Assembly: GCA_001179505.1 (NCBI GenBank)
Contig: CDMY01000637.1
Location: 1-37,792 of the forward strand
Direction of reading: 5' to 3'
DNA: 37,792 nucleotides
Source of the DNA: Vitrella brassicaformis CCMP3155
Lineage: Eukaryota; Protista; Chromerida
Within the stretch, counting starts at the first letter, position 1. Each line of letters opens with the position of its first letter. Below, piece after piece: positions 11,019-21,617 of this stretch. The notes beneath the pieces were generated by a model that saw nothing but the letters and a program-made list of their open reading frames with translations, made no database searches and had not been told where the DNA came from. Made by a program: the position numbers and the translations under genes.

Positions 11019-12685
11019 CTATGGCGCCATGAGGCCTTCCACGATCTTCTGGATGGCTCCTCCTCTCCGTCCTGGGACGGCCGGCGCATTGCCCGCTGAC
11101 CTCCTCGACGGAGCCATGAGTCCCTGCAAGAGCTTCTCAAAGCTCTGCTCCAGGCGGCCGACCCGACCCAGAAGCTCTTCAATGGTCTTCTTCATAGACT
11201 GGTTGCCCGTCCTCAGCTCCTCGTTGGCCTTCTTGAGGCCCTCAATCGTCTCGGCCTGGTTCTTGTCGGCCTTGATGTCGTCTTGAGCAGCGGCCATTTT
11301 GACAAAGTCAATCCGGCCCGACGACTCATCACCGGCAGTGGCGCCCTCTTCCAGACGAGCAATGCGATCCAGCATGGCCTCGTTGGCCTTTCTTAAGCCG
11401 TCCATGGCCTTGTTCATATCCTCGTTGGCCGTCCTCAGCTCCCCATTGGCCTTCTTGAGGCCCTCAATCGTCTTGGCCTGGTCTTGCCCAACAGCCACCT
11501 TCCGCAGCGCCTCAATCGGACCCAGCGGGCGCTGCTCATCGGCACCACTGTCCTGCTCCAGCCGCGTGATGCGATCCATCACGGTCTCATTGGCTTTCCT
11601 CAATCGCTCAAGCGTGTCGTTAACGTCAGCCATTGTCCCGGTAAGGCTATCGATGTTCTTGGCCATCCCCTTGTTGGTCTTGTTCAGTCGCTCCTTTTCG
11701 TCGATATAGTCGTCGATAAGGTCTTGAGTGACGGCCATTTGTGTGTAGAGCAGTTGTGTCATGTCGATGGTCAGTTGGCCAGCAGGCCCCTCTCCCTTCT
11801 GCGCATCGCCACCTTGTTCGTCACTGGCCCGGGACACGAACGTCTTGACTGCCGATGGGAAGACCTTCTGGACCTGAGCAGCTGCCAGACCGAGCCGCGC
11901 ATCGCCGTCAGAGAGCACACGCAGCTGTCGGAACGCCTGATACGCCGCCGACCGATCAGTGTTGCTCCACTCGGCCATCGATGAGGGCACCTGTTCGCCG
12001 TCTGCGAGTCGGTCGCTGCCTCGTACCTCGAAGGCGCCGGCAACAACACGGCGGCTGACGGTTTCGTCCCCGCAGTGGCACTCCCTTAAGGCCACGAGTT
12101 CGGTGGTGGTGACGCCGTCATCGATCAACGCTCCTCCCTGCACCAGCAGATTCCCCTCCGCGAGGATGTCGCCATTCTGTCCATTCAGGACAGGATTGCC
12201 CGAGATTATCTCTGCATCGAGAAAGACAGCCATCACACAGAGGGAACAAAAGAATAAAGCACGGTAGTGCGTCGGTCGATCCTCACTCTTGCAGCCGCCT
12301 GCGTCTGCCCTGCAGCCAGTCAGGACACACCATCACAAACATCATTCCAATCCGTTCAATTTCAAACGCGCCCGTCAGTCTTGTTTTATACAGCCGCTCA
12401 CTTTTTGTCGGCGTCACAATCGGCTTCCTTCTGCAGCGTCTCCGCCAACCGGTTCAGGAGAGCCTCGTCGTCGTCGTCGTTATCGCCGGCAGCCCTGACA
12501 TTGCTGCCAGACGTCTGGGCGGTCGAACCCGTCGAACCCTCTGTTGCCGTGTCCTTGGCTGCGGGGCGGTACTCTGACCCGTCAAGATTGAAATAACTGA
12601 AGCTCGGGTCCAGGCCACTCCCCGACTGCTGTGCGGCGACGGTGAGGCACGCAGCGAGGAGGAAAGTCACGCGGACGGCGGCCAT
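11019..12685 (-). CDS. Secreted 499-aa protein with a peptidase-S74-like (intramolecular chaperone) domain followed by three coiled-coil repeats; resembles a tail spike or fibre
   Basis: Exons 12685-12402, 12309-12287 (23 nt), 12211-11019; 1500 nt, phases consistent. Signal peptide MAAVRVTFLLAACLTVAA. S74-like motifs VAGAFEVRGSDRL, GLAAAQVQKVFPSAVK, LTIDMTQLLYTQMAVTQDL. Repeats end in RITRLE, RIARLE, RVGRLE. Confidence 0.75.
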
Positions 12686-12719
12686 TTGGTGTGCCGGATC
12701 AACGGCAACGGCTCGTAAA

Positions 12720-13920
12720 TTCGTGGAGAGGCGCACGCTGCCCTTGCCCGACGTCGTCAATGACGCTTGGATGGACCACATCACGTAAGGCACAGAAAAC
12801 TTGTTGTAACACGCATACAGGATCTCGTGTGTCGTGTGCGCCGCCATTTGTCCATTCATCTCAGGTCAGAGTGTGTGTTGCGTGAGGCGCAGAGGCTGCG
12901 GGAGTGCCCCGAGGTGCACGATCACAAAGAGCGCTGGAGACTGTTCAACCGGTAAGGAAAGAACCTACACGTACTATGTGGTGTCACAAGGCGATTTTCG
13001 ATGGATGCCCTGTGTGTTTCCTGCAGGTCGCTTCCACTCCATTTCCTCACCGAAGGAGGCCAACCTCCGTCGCTCTTGCAACCAAACGGGTCTGTGAATG
13101 GGGCGTCGAGGGCGGCGGGCTGAGGACAGCGCTGCGGAAGGCACTGCTAGGCGGAGGGGATTGATCCGACGAGGTCACTCGATGCTTACAGGAGGTGCGT
13201 AGATATCACACACACGCAATACACCTCCACATTCGCTGACCGTGTTGTGTGTGTGGTGGTCAGGCGTGCGTCCACCGCTCTGTTGAGGTATGTATCGCTG
13301 CGCCACTCCTCGCGTGTCTGCGTCAGTCCAGGAGTGCGCGAGGCGCCGTCACGGCACCCTCTGCGAGAGGATAGCACAGAAGTGGCGGGAGAGTGCCCCT
13401 GCTGCTGCCTCAACAGACAAGGGTGCTGACCCGCCGCCACATCAGGACTCTCAGCCTCTTCCTCCGTCACAATCCATTGAGGAAGCCACACCAGCCAGCG
13501 ACCTCCCAGCCCTCTCTCCCCCCTGCCGGCCTGCCAGCTGGCCCCTCCGTCAGCACACGGCAAGTAAGGCAGCGACAGCAAGTGGCTGGACTCCCTGCCG
13601 CCCAGGCCAGGAAGGGGCGAGCTGTGCAGCTCATCGAGACATACGGAAGAGGCCAACAAGAGCAGGAAGCGCAAGGCGGGCGACGGGGAGGATGGGAGGA
13701 GCCCAAGGTGCGCCAGCACGCACCTGTGGGCAGCACCGGCAAGATGCAGCTGCGCAGCAGGTGACGATCGAATGGGTGGCACGGGTTGACACGAAAAAAC
13801 ACTTCAAGCTAACGGATTGCTGCTGTCCACCTCTTTCCTTTTCAGGACTGGTCGTCGTGGCGCTTCCTCCTCGTCTGCCGTGATGGACGCCAAGGGCTTC
13901 CTTCGTCAGCAACTTCGAGG
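12720..13920 (+). pseudogene. Probable degenerate multi-exon gene remnant
   Basis: Splice-like boundaries (gtaagg near 12785 and 12951) and coding-like pieces (LPDVVNDAWMDHI; RLRECPEVHDHKERWRLFNR; QECARRRHGTLCERIAQKWRE), but phases are inconsistent and stops intervene. Confidence 0.3.
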
Positions 13921-15499
13921 TCAACGTTGACAGGGCCATGGCAGCAGCAGCGGCTGACGGAACCCTCCCCTGCCCTCCCCTTGCGCACCCCCCAACAGCC
14001 GCCATCGAGGGCTGTGCTGCTGACCAAGAAAAGACGACCGACCGGCGCAAGGCGGCGAGGGGTAAGAGGAGACACAGGCGTCGGGGACACGGCCGGAGGA
14101 GCTGGGAGACACGCCCGTACAGTATGTGGCGGGTGGGAAAGCGGCTGTGAGCAGTGAGGATCTGCTGCCGGAGTACGAAAGGGGCCTGTTGCCAAAGCCA
14201 GACTGCATGTGGGCGAAATGCGAGGGCTCACTGGAGAAGGAGGGAGGGAGGGAGTCTGTGTATCTGTCTGTGAGAATACACGTGGATGTGTAAGCCTTGT
14301 GTGGCCGTCTTCGTGTCTGCCGATGAGTACACAAAGTGGCATCATGGATTTGCTGCTCACGCCTGGGATGGGGGGCTTTGTGTTGTACTGCTGGTGGTGG
14401 GACCGCAGCCTGGCCATGCTGAGGTCCCACCGGCAGCAGTTCGCCACGATACATACACCCCATCTCCGATATCAGCAGCGACAACATGATCAAGCACAGC
14501 TGAACGATGACCCCACTGATTTCGCCGGCTGCAAAGACGATGGGACGTGTGTGATGACGTACGACTGTTTCACTGGCTTGTTGTCTCTATGCAGTGTGTG
14601 TCCCTTTTTCGTCTTTACTGCCTTGCCTGTTGACAGACTTGCTTTCTCTACTTAGTTGTGTACGTGATGGGAAGGGGTCTGCTGAAGCTTTCCTTCTCAT
14701 GCGTTGATTGAAGGCTTTGGATGCCGTCTGTCTTGAATGTTCGGACACTGGCCGGGTGTTTGTCATTCATTAATCGTAATCATTCTATATTTTCTGTGTG
14801 TGGGAATGGATTCGTTGTGTGTGTTGAAGTGAACGGACTAGCTTCTGTCTGCGTGGGGGAGGGAGGGGAGGGTTTGCGGGACTGGGGTGTGCTGATGGGG
14901 CGGGGATTGATCCCTCCTCCCCTTGAGCCTGTTTGACTCTGCGTGCTGATGGGACTGTATTTGTATGAGTATCACGGACACACAGACGAGTGTTACGGTT
15001 AATGACAGTTTCCCCCCCCCGTTGAAGTGAACGCACTCACTCACTCACCATGCAGTGGTCGTGAATTCCGGCTTCTTGCACACCCAATGCAGACAGACAG
15101 ACAGACGCTGTCAGACAGTCATCCGATCATGCATTCGTCCATTCATTTACACTCACTCAGACGGCCCAAGAGCATCCAGGCCATGTGTGTCTGTGACCGC
15201 CCTCGCCCTCTCCCTCTCTCTCCCTGTCCCACCTCGCTCCCTCTTTCTATGTCTGTTGGTTGGTCGGTCCACGTCAACGCAAACACACACGCGCCACGCC
15301 AATTTCTAGCGGCCGTGACATCGTTTCAGCCCATCAACCAATGCAATCCATCAAACCAAACGGACGGAAACAGCCTAGGCATTCCTTCCCCAACCATGGA
15401 CTTAGACCACATACCGACGGACAGACAGACAGACAGGCAGACAGACAGCCCAAGTTGCCCAACCGTGCATGTCACACCTTGCTATCCCTACTCCGTCTC

Positions 15500-15833
15500 A
15501 GGCATCATTTCACACACCACGTGCGCTGCTCTTGCCTGGTCTGTTGGCCGGGTCACGATGTCTTCGATGGTGATGGTAGTGGTAAACCCGACGGGCACGC
15601 GTATGCATACGCTCCACGAGAGTGCTGCCCAGCAGGGTCTCGACACCCCGACCGTCTACCACTGCAAGCTCGATAGAGAAGTCGCTGCAGGGCATGCACA
15701 CACATCAATGATCGATTTCGAATTGGTTGAGACAAAACGACACGTTCTCCTCACCCTCAAAACCAGCGGCAGTGACCTGCGCCCATCCTGCTGTCGAGAA
15801 ACAAACTTTTCACACATTTCACCACGACACTGA
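15500..15833 (+). other. Coding-like exon fragment of unknown function (VVVNPTGTRMHTLHES...IDFELVETKRHVLLTLKTSG)
   Basis: Open frame after a ctcag acceptor near 15500 with globular amino-acid composition. No homolog recognised. Confidence 0.2.
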
Positions 15834-16944
15834 TGGGCAGGCACACAGAACACAAGACGCGCACTTGGATCAACGGCTGTGCATCAGTGAGTATCGTTTT
15901 TCTCGCTATATCACTTGCTATATCATTTCGTTACCACAAGTCGGGGCCGGCTTTCGTTACCATTTGTTTGAAGCGTAGAAGGCCATGAGGCGGGCGGGCG
16001 ATGAGGCGATGGGCGTCGATCGAGAGAGAGATGAGGAGACAGCAGTCCATGACGTGCTATCGCCGGAGCCCCATTTCACGGATACACGCTGCGTACTGCT
16101 CAGTGTCCCGGCCAGCATCTGACAACAGCCATCCAAGAGACGTACGCGCATGATACATCAATGAATGGGGCACAGTGTGACAGGGGTGCGCGTGACTGAC
16201 TGGCATGCCCAGCCTTAGGGCGGAATAGATGGTGGATGACAAGACTGGGCATGCTCGTTGGAACCAGGGGATCTACCGTCGTTGGAACCGTGTCTGGATG
16301 CGGTTGCAGCCCTGCATTGCCGCCTGCACACGCACACAGACGCACACAGACACACACAGACACACACACACACACACAGAGACAGAGAGATGGATCTGTT
16401 CTTTGTCTGTCTGTCTGTCTGTCTATCTTTCAGTGCATGCATCCGCTACCACGGGTTGGTGAGCTTTGGAAGTCAGTAATGACGAATACAGGGCGTGTCT
16501 CTTCGTCTCCACTGACGTCGGGATATAAATTGTAGCCAGCGATATGACACTGTTTATCACGCCGCGGTCAACATTGATGACCTGAGCAAAATGAGAGGAA
16601 TGTAAAGCAAAAATGGATGGATTGCCACCCACTGAAGAAGTCTAGAGTTTCCCCTGGTGGCATGGCCTCCTGCAGACCTGCAGCACAGACAAGAACCACC
16701 AATCAATCGTGGCAGCGTGTGCATGGATGCACGATAGCTTACGGAGCAGTCTGTATTTCACAGCGTCAAACGCCAATGTACACAATCGCTGGCTGTCGAG
16801 TACACTATAGTCGGAGCCCGCAATCATCATCGACCGCAGCGAATCCACGTGCTCTTCAAATGTATCCCAAAGCTCGTTTTCGCTGGAAATTCAAGCGATC
16901 TTGTCACACCAGCTGTCGCCGGCCTCTGCACATAGGTCCATATA

Positions 16945-17152
16945 TCTGTTCTAGCTGCCTGTCTGCAACTTTGCGTGGGCGAATACCTTCGTATGTCACG
17001 GGCTTGTCACGAATGTCGACAAAGCCTTTACTTGTCTCTCCTACATACACACAGACAGACAGACTTCTACACACATACATGAATGCCCGTGGGTATGTAT
17101 TTCTGACTCACTCACCAGTCGCCATCCGCAGCTCTACTTGGGCCGTCTTGCT
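16945..17152 (+). repeat. Direct repeat copy 1 (208 bp)
   Basis: Colinear with 18842-19049 (offset 1897). The first ~95 bp are near-identical; the rest is similar apart from a microsatellite-containing middle. Confidence 0.9.
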
Positions 17153-17179
17153 ATGCCCTGCATGCCAACTCATGCACAG

Positions 17180-17916
17180 TCATGACGCGTGAGGCGGCTT
17201 TGCCTGGCTGCCTATAGCTACGTGTCGCGACATCTTTATACCAGGCAGCCGATCCGTCTTGGTGGATGGTGACATGCTCCCGCTGCCTCGCTCTAGAGTG
17301 GGGAGACACACACGCACATACGTCGCGAAGACATGATGCGTGGGTGCGTCCATGCTTGAGCACTCTTTTTACCTGCAGGCCGTGCACTTGGTGACGCTGA
17401 CGCCCCAGATGCTGCGGTCACCCTCTCCGCTACCCCTGCTGTAAGGCTGGGCTCCTGCTGACGGCCCGTCAACTGCTGGCGCTGGCACTGTTGGCGGAGG
17501 ATGGTGCCTGAGTCAGCCAAACACATAACGTAAGTACTATATATATATGCCCACATACACCCTTACACTTTATGTGTGCAGCCACGAAAAGCCGCAAAGT
17601 GCTCTGAAACGACGCAATGGCCTGAGGGTCGATGGCTCGGAGGTTGGCGCGGCGTGCGAATGCGTGAGCACGCTGCATCCACTCGCTAAGCCCCACGACA
17701 AAGTCAGGGAAACCATCGGCCGGCCCCGCATTGTAGAGCAGGTCTCCTTTCAGCCGATCAAGGTCGGCTGCATTCACAGACAGAAAAACTAAGGTCAAGT
17801 AGCTCTGTGTGAATGTATATCTCGGTATGTACCGGCGATGTATCTTTCTTGGAGCTCCTTAGCTCTCGGGCTGTCTGCGTGTCGCACATCAAGAAGGCAA
17901 GCGCCTCTCTCTCTTC

Positions 17917-17953
<37 letters not shown>

Positions 17954-18500
17954 TGTGTAGCGCACCAGGTCGGGCCGGCCCCAAGAGCATCATACCTGCA
18001 GAGGTAGATCTTGTCGCAGGCGCCCAGATCCTCTGGGGGGCGTTTTGGCGACTATTTCTCGGAGACACTGGGTTGTTCCCTAATGATACAGACACGCCTA
18101 TAGAAGGCACGGTTCTCGTCTCCTTTGTCTCGGTCACTCACTCCCTGCCCGCTCCCCACGGTGACGCCTGGGTGATCCTTCAACGGGCCTCGGAGGGGGA
18201 GGACGAGGCTGCACCATCGGAGGGCGCTGGCACTGTATGATCACCGGACCTGAGTGACAGCCGATTCATGCATTTCGCCTTGGGTGTATATATGTGGCTG
18301 TTACCACGCATCCCTGCACACATACCGACCAACACATAGAATAAATCGAACAAAGAATAAATCGAAGGGTGGTCGAACAATGAAGTGTTCTCCTTCCCCT
18401 CCAGCCACCCACCCATCGGCTGGCCAGTGAGTCGTTGCTGCTGCTGTTGCTGTTGTTGTTGCTGTTGCTCCTGCAGCCACATCGCTGCCCCACACACACA
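17180..18500 (-). pseudogene. Spliced hypothetical gene or pseudogene lying between the two direct repeats
   Basis: Phase-1-consistent exons ~18137-17969, 17767-17561 (DLDRLKGDLLYNAG...HIKCK), 17507-17373, ~17292-17180 (stop). Upstream, the same frame has two TGA stops (18182-18180, 18140-18138) and a CAG/CAA run near 18437-18470. The 5' end is uncertain. Confidence 0.4.
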
Positions 18501-18841
18501 CACACACATCCACACGTGACGTCATCACATGGCTTGAGACATATTTGACCCACCCCAGCACCGACCTTATTCGTAGTAGCCCTGCTGTGGTTGTATCCGC
18601 CTTACTGCATACGGGGCGCCGCGTACGGGGCGCCGCCTGAAACATTTGAGCCGGCGGTTCAAATTACTGGTCATTCATCCATCCCCCTCACTCACCGATG
18701 CCGCCCATGGCAGGCGGACCGCCATGGTAGGTCGGCGCCACAACGGGCGACGAAGGCCTGCAGTTTCCTGAAAGTGAGACACCAGCGGTAGGAAACTGTG
18801 AGTGTACTGTACCATGGTAGGGGAGACCTCCACAGCTTATG

Positions 18842-19049
18842 TCTGTTCTAGCTGCCTGTCTCAAACTTTGCGTGGGCGAATACCTTCGTATGTCACGGGC
18901 TTGTCACGAATGTCGACAAAGCCTTTACTTGTCTCTCGCATACAAAGAGCTACACAGATAAAGGCTGTCTACACACATACATGAAAGCCCGTGGGTATGT
19001 ATTTAATCTGACCCGGTCGCCATCCGCAGCTCTACTTGGTCGTCTTGCT
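18842..19049 (+). repeat. Direct repeat copy 2 (208 bp), occupying the proximal upstream region of DNAJC9
   Basis: Matches 16945-17152 and ends 56 bp before the DNAJC9 ATG. Confidence 0.9.
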
Positions 19050-19105
19050 CTGCGCCTATTCATCTTTGCGAGCTTGAAGCCGTTCTGAAGTGGAGAAGTG
19101 TCGCG

Positions 19106-20771
19106 ATGGTGAAGGACACGAAGCTGTACGAGTTGCTGGGTGTGGATGCGTCGGCGTCGCCGTCCGAGATCCAGCGGGCCTTCCGCCTCATGGCCCTCAA
19201 GGTACACCCCGACAAGAACCCAAACGACAAGGACGCCAAGGACAACTTCCAGCAGCTGAAGAAGGCGTATGACATACTCAAAGACCCCAAACAGAGGGAA
19301 ATCTACGACGAAACCGGTCAGCATGTGTGTCATATGTGTCTGCTCGATGGCAGCCCCCTTCTGCAGATGTCTGCTGTGTGTGTGGGTGGCCGTCATTGCA
19401 GGATTGGCTGACGAGGATGCGGCGGTGGAGTTTGAGACGGCGTATGAGTACTACCGCCGTGTGCGGCCCAAGATCACCCCGCAGGACATAGCAGAGTTCG
19501 AGCGCAGCTACAGGGGCAGCGACGAGGAGAAGGAAGACCTCAAGAACTTCTATGTCGAGTGAGTCCGCACGGCGAGGCCATTGGTGGGACGACAGATGGG
19601 GAATGGTGTGTTGTGTGTCACGTTTGTGTTTCAGTAAGGAGGGTGATGTCAGCCTGTTGCTCGATTACATCCCCCTGGCCAGGCCGGACGACCTCGACAG
19701 ATTCATACAAACACTAGACCAGCTCATCGCAGACAAGGTGCGCACACACACACACAGAGGGAGAGAGCACAGCACAGCGCAACACAACACAACCATCGTT
19801 CCTTCCTCCGTTGTCTGTCCTCCTGCCACTGATTGATGTGTCACGTAGGAGTTGCCCAAGAAGCGTCAGTACGGCCCGTCGCAGGCCAAGTTGCGCAAGG
19901 CGGCCGAGAAGCTGGCGCGGCGCATCTCACGCGAGGCCAAGGAGGCCGAGGAGGCCATGGAGGAACTCAAAGGCAAAGAGGGGGCCGGGGGCAGTGGCGG
20001 GAGGCGACGCCGGGGAGGTGGGAGTAGTGCTGCTGCCGCCGCGAGTAGTGCTGATGACGGCATGGGCGGGCTGATCGCTGCTATACAGGTCGAGGAGCAG
20101 GAAGGAGCTGTTTCCGTGTTTGATGTGTTAATTGTATTCCTGACACGTTGGATGTGTGTGTGTGTGTGTGTTGCAGCAGCGGAAGGCGAAGAATGCGTCG
20201 TTTCTGGATGACCTGGAGCAGCGCTTCTCGGCCAAAGAGAAACGAAAGGTCAGTCAGTCAGTCAGTCCGTCAGGCAACCACCTTCCTTCACACCGTCCTG
20301 CCCTGCAGCACCCACTCAACTCACTGTCTGTGCGTCCTTCCGTTCCTCTGTCCTGTCTTCTCCCTCCTTTGCAGAAGCCGGAGGAGCCCACCGAGGAGGA
20401 GTTTGAGGTACCGAACGCCCCCACGCCGGCTGCATCTCTCTGTCTGTCCGTGTGTCTGCCTGTCTGTCGTGCAGGCGGCCCGCCAGCGTCTGCAGCAGAA
20501 GGCGTCGGCGGATAGTGCCGAGAGGCGCAAGGGCCCCGCCCGCAAGGCCAGGGGCAAGGCAGCAGCGGCAGCAGCGGCGGCCGCAGTCCATGACGACATG
20601 GTCGATGATGAAGACGATGAGGGCGAAGATCAGAAGGAGGAGGAAGATCAGGAGGAGGATGAGGCGGGTGCAGGTGTGAAGGGCGGCAGGGGTGCTGGGA
20701 AGGGTACTAGGGGCGCTGGCCGTGCGGCGGGGGTGAGGAAGGAGGCCGGCAAGAAGAAAACCAAGAGGTGA
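19106..20771 (+). CDS. DNAJC9: DnaJ (Hsp40) subfamily C member 9-like co-chaperone, 370 aa
   Basis: Exons 19106-19316, 19402-19558, 19635-19737, 19849-20088, 20177-20248, 20375-20407, 20475-20771 (1113 nt). J domain with HPD (LKVHPDKNP, IYDETG). DNAJC9-type motifs KIT..DIAEFERSYRGSDEEKEDL, REAKEAEE, GGLIAAIQQR, FLDDLEQRF, EEPTEEEFEAAR. Confidence 0.92.
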
Positions 20772-21617
20772 ACAGAACACAGGTGAGTCAGAGGCGACAG
20801 TGTAGAGGATAGCGAGCTGACTGAATAGCTAGATGGTGCATTAGGCTGGTGCGGTGCGGGGGCGGCCTGCTTTTTGTCCGTGTCTGAATGGAGCGTGTGA
20901 CGCATGGATGGATGGATGGATGGCTGGATGGACGAGTGCATGGGTAGAGAGAAACGTCCCTGTGCATGTCGTGCCGTGCCGGTGTGTCGGTGCGTTGAAT
21001 TGCTTTTGTTCAATCTTTTCGTCTGGCTGCTGCTCTATGAACAACACGACCATGGTATGATAGCGATTCACTCAGCCCAGGTCCCTTCCCGTCTCTCCCC
21101 ATGCACACAACGACTGTCCAATGCCCTCGCTAGTGATACAACCAAACAGCCACTGCCACTCCGAGCTAGCAGGCAGACAGACACACAGGCAGGCAGGCAA
21201 TTACCCACAATCAAGCAATACCCACCCGCCCGCCCAGCCAGCCAGCCAGTACAAAACCGCCCCTTCCATCCCTCCCCCTCCCTCCCTCCCCGTCCGTTGG
21301 TCAATCGCATGTGTATCTGCACATGCATGCATCGGCTGCGTGCCTGCCTGTCTGTCTGTCATCGTTCGCCAGCCCCTCCCGCCCCGCCCCGCCCTATACT
21401 CCAACCGATAAACCAAACCGATGGGTAGACAAGACCGATGGGTAGACAAGACAAGACAAGCGAAAAACCAAAACACAAAACGATCGCATCGATCAGCTGC
21501 CTGCCTGCCTGCCTCGTTCAGTTCATGTAGCTATCTACACGTACGTGTGGTGATGCGATGCGCCATCGATCCCTTCATTCACTCTGCCTTATGCATGGCA
21601 TGGTCTGCCTGCCTCGT

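Noticed and set aside
18138-18182. Two in-frame TGA codons as possible selenocysteine
   Set aside because: Low-complexity context, no redox motif, no SECIS recognised; decay is simpler.
17941-18240. Plus-strand ORF after a gtgtag acceptor (SIIPAEVDLVAGAQILWGAFW...)
   Set aside because: No upstream exon or start found. The minus strand gives a phase-consistent multi-exon chain over the same bases.
16945-19049. LTR retrotransposon
   Set aside because: No gag/pol motifs, primer-binding site, polypurine tract, TG...CA ends or target-site duplication seen; the interior is a spliced host-like gene.
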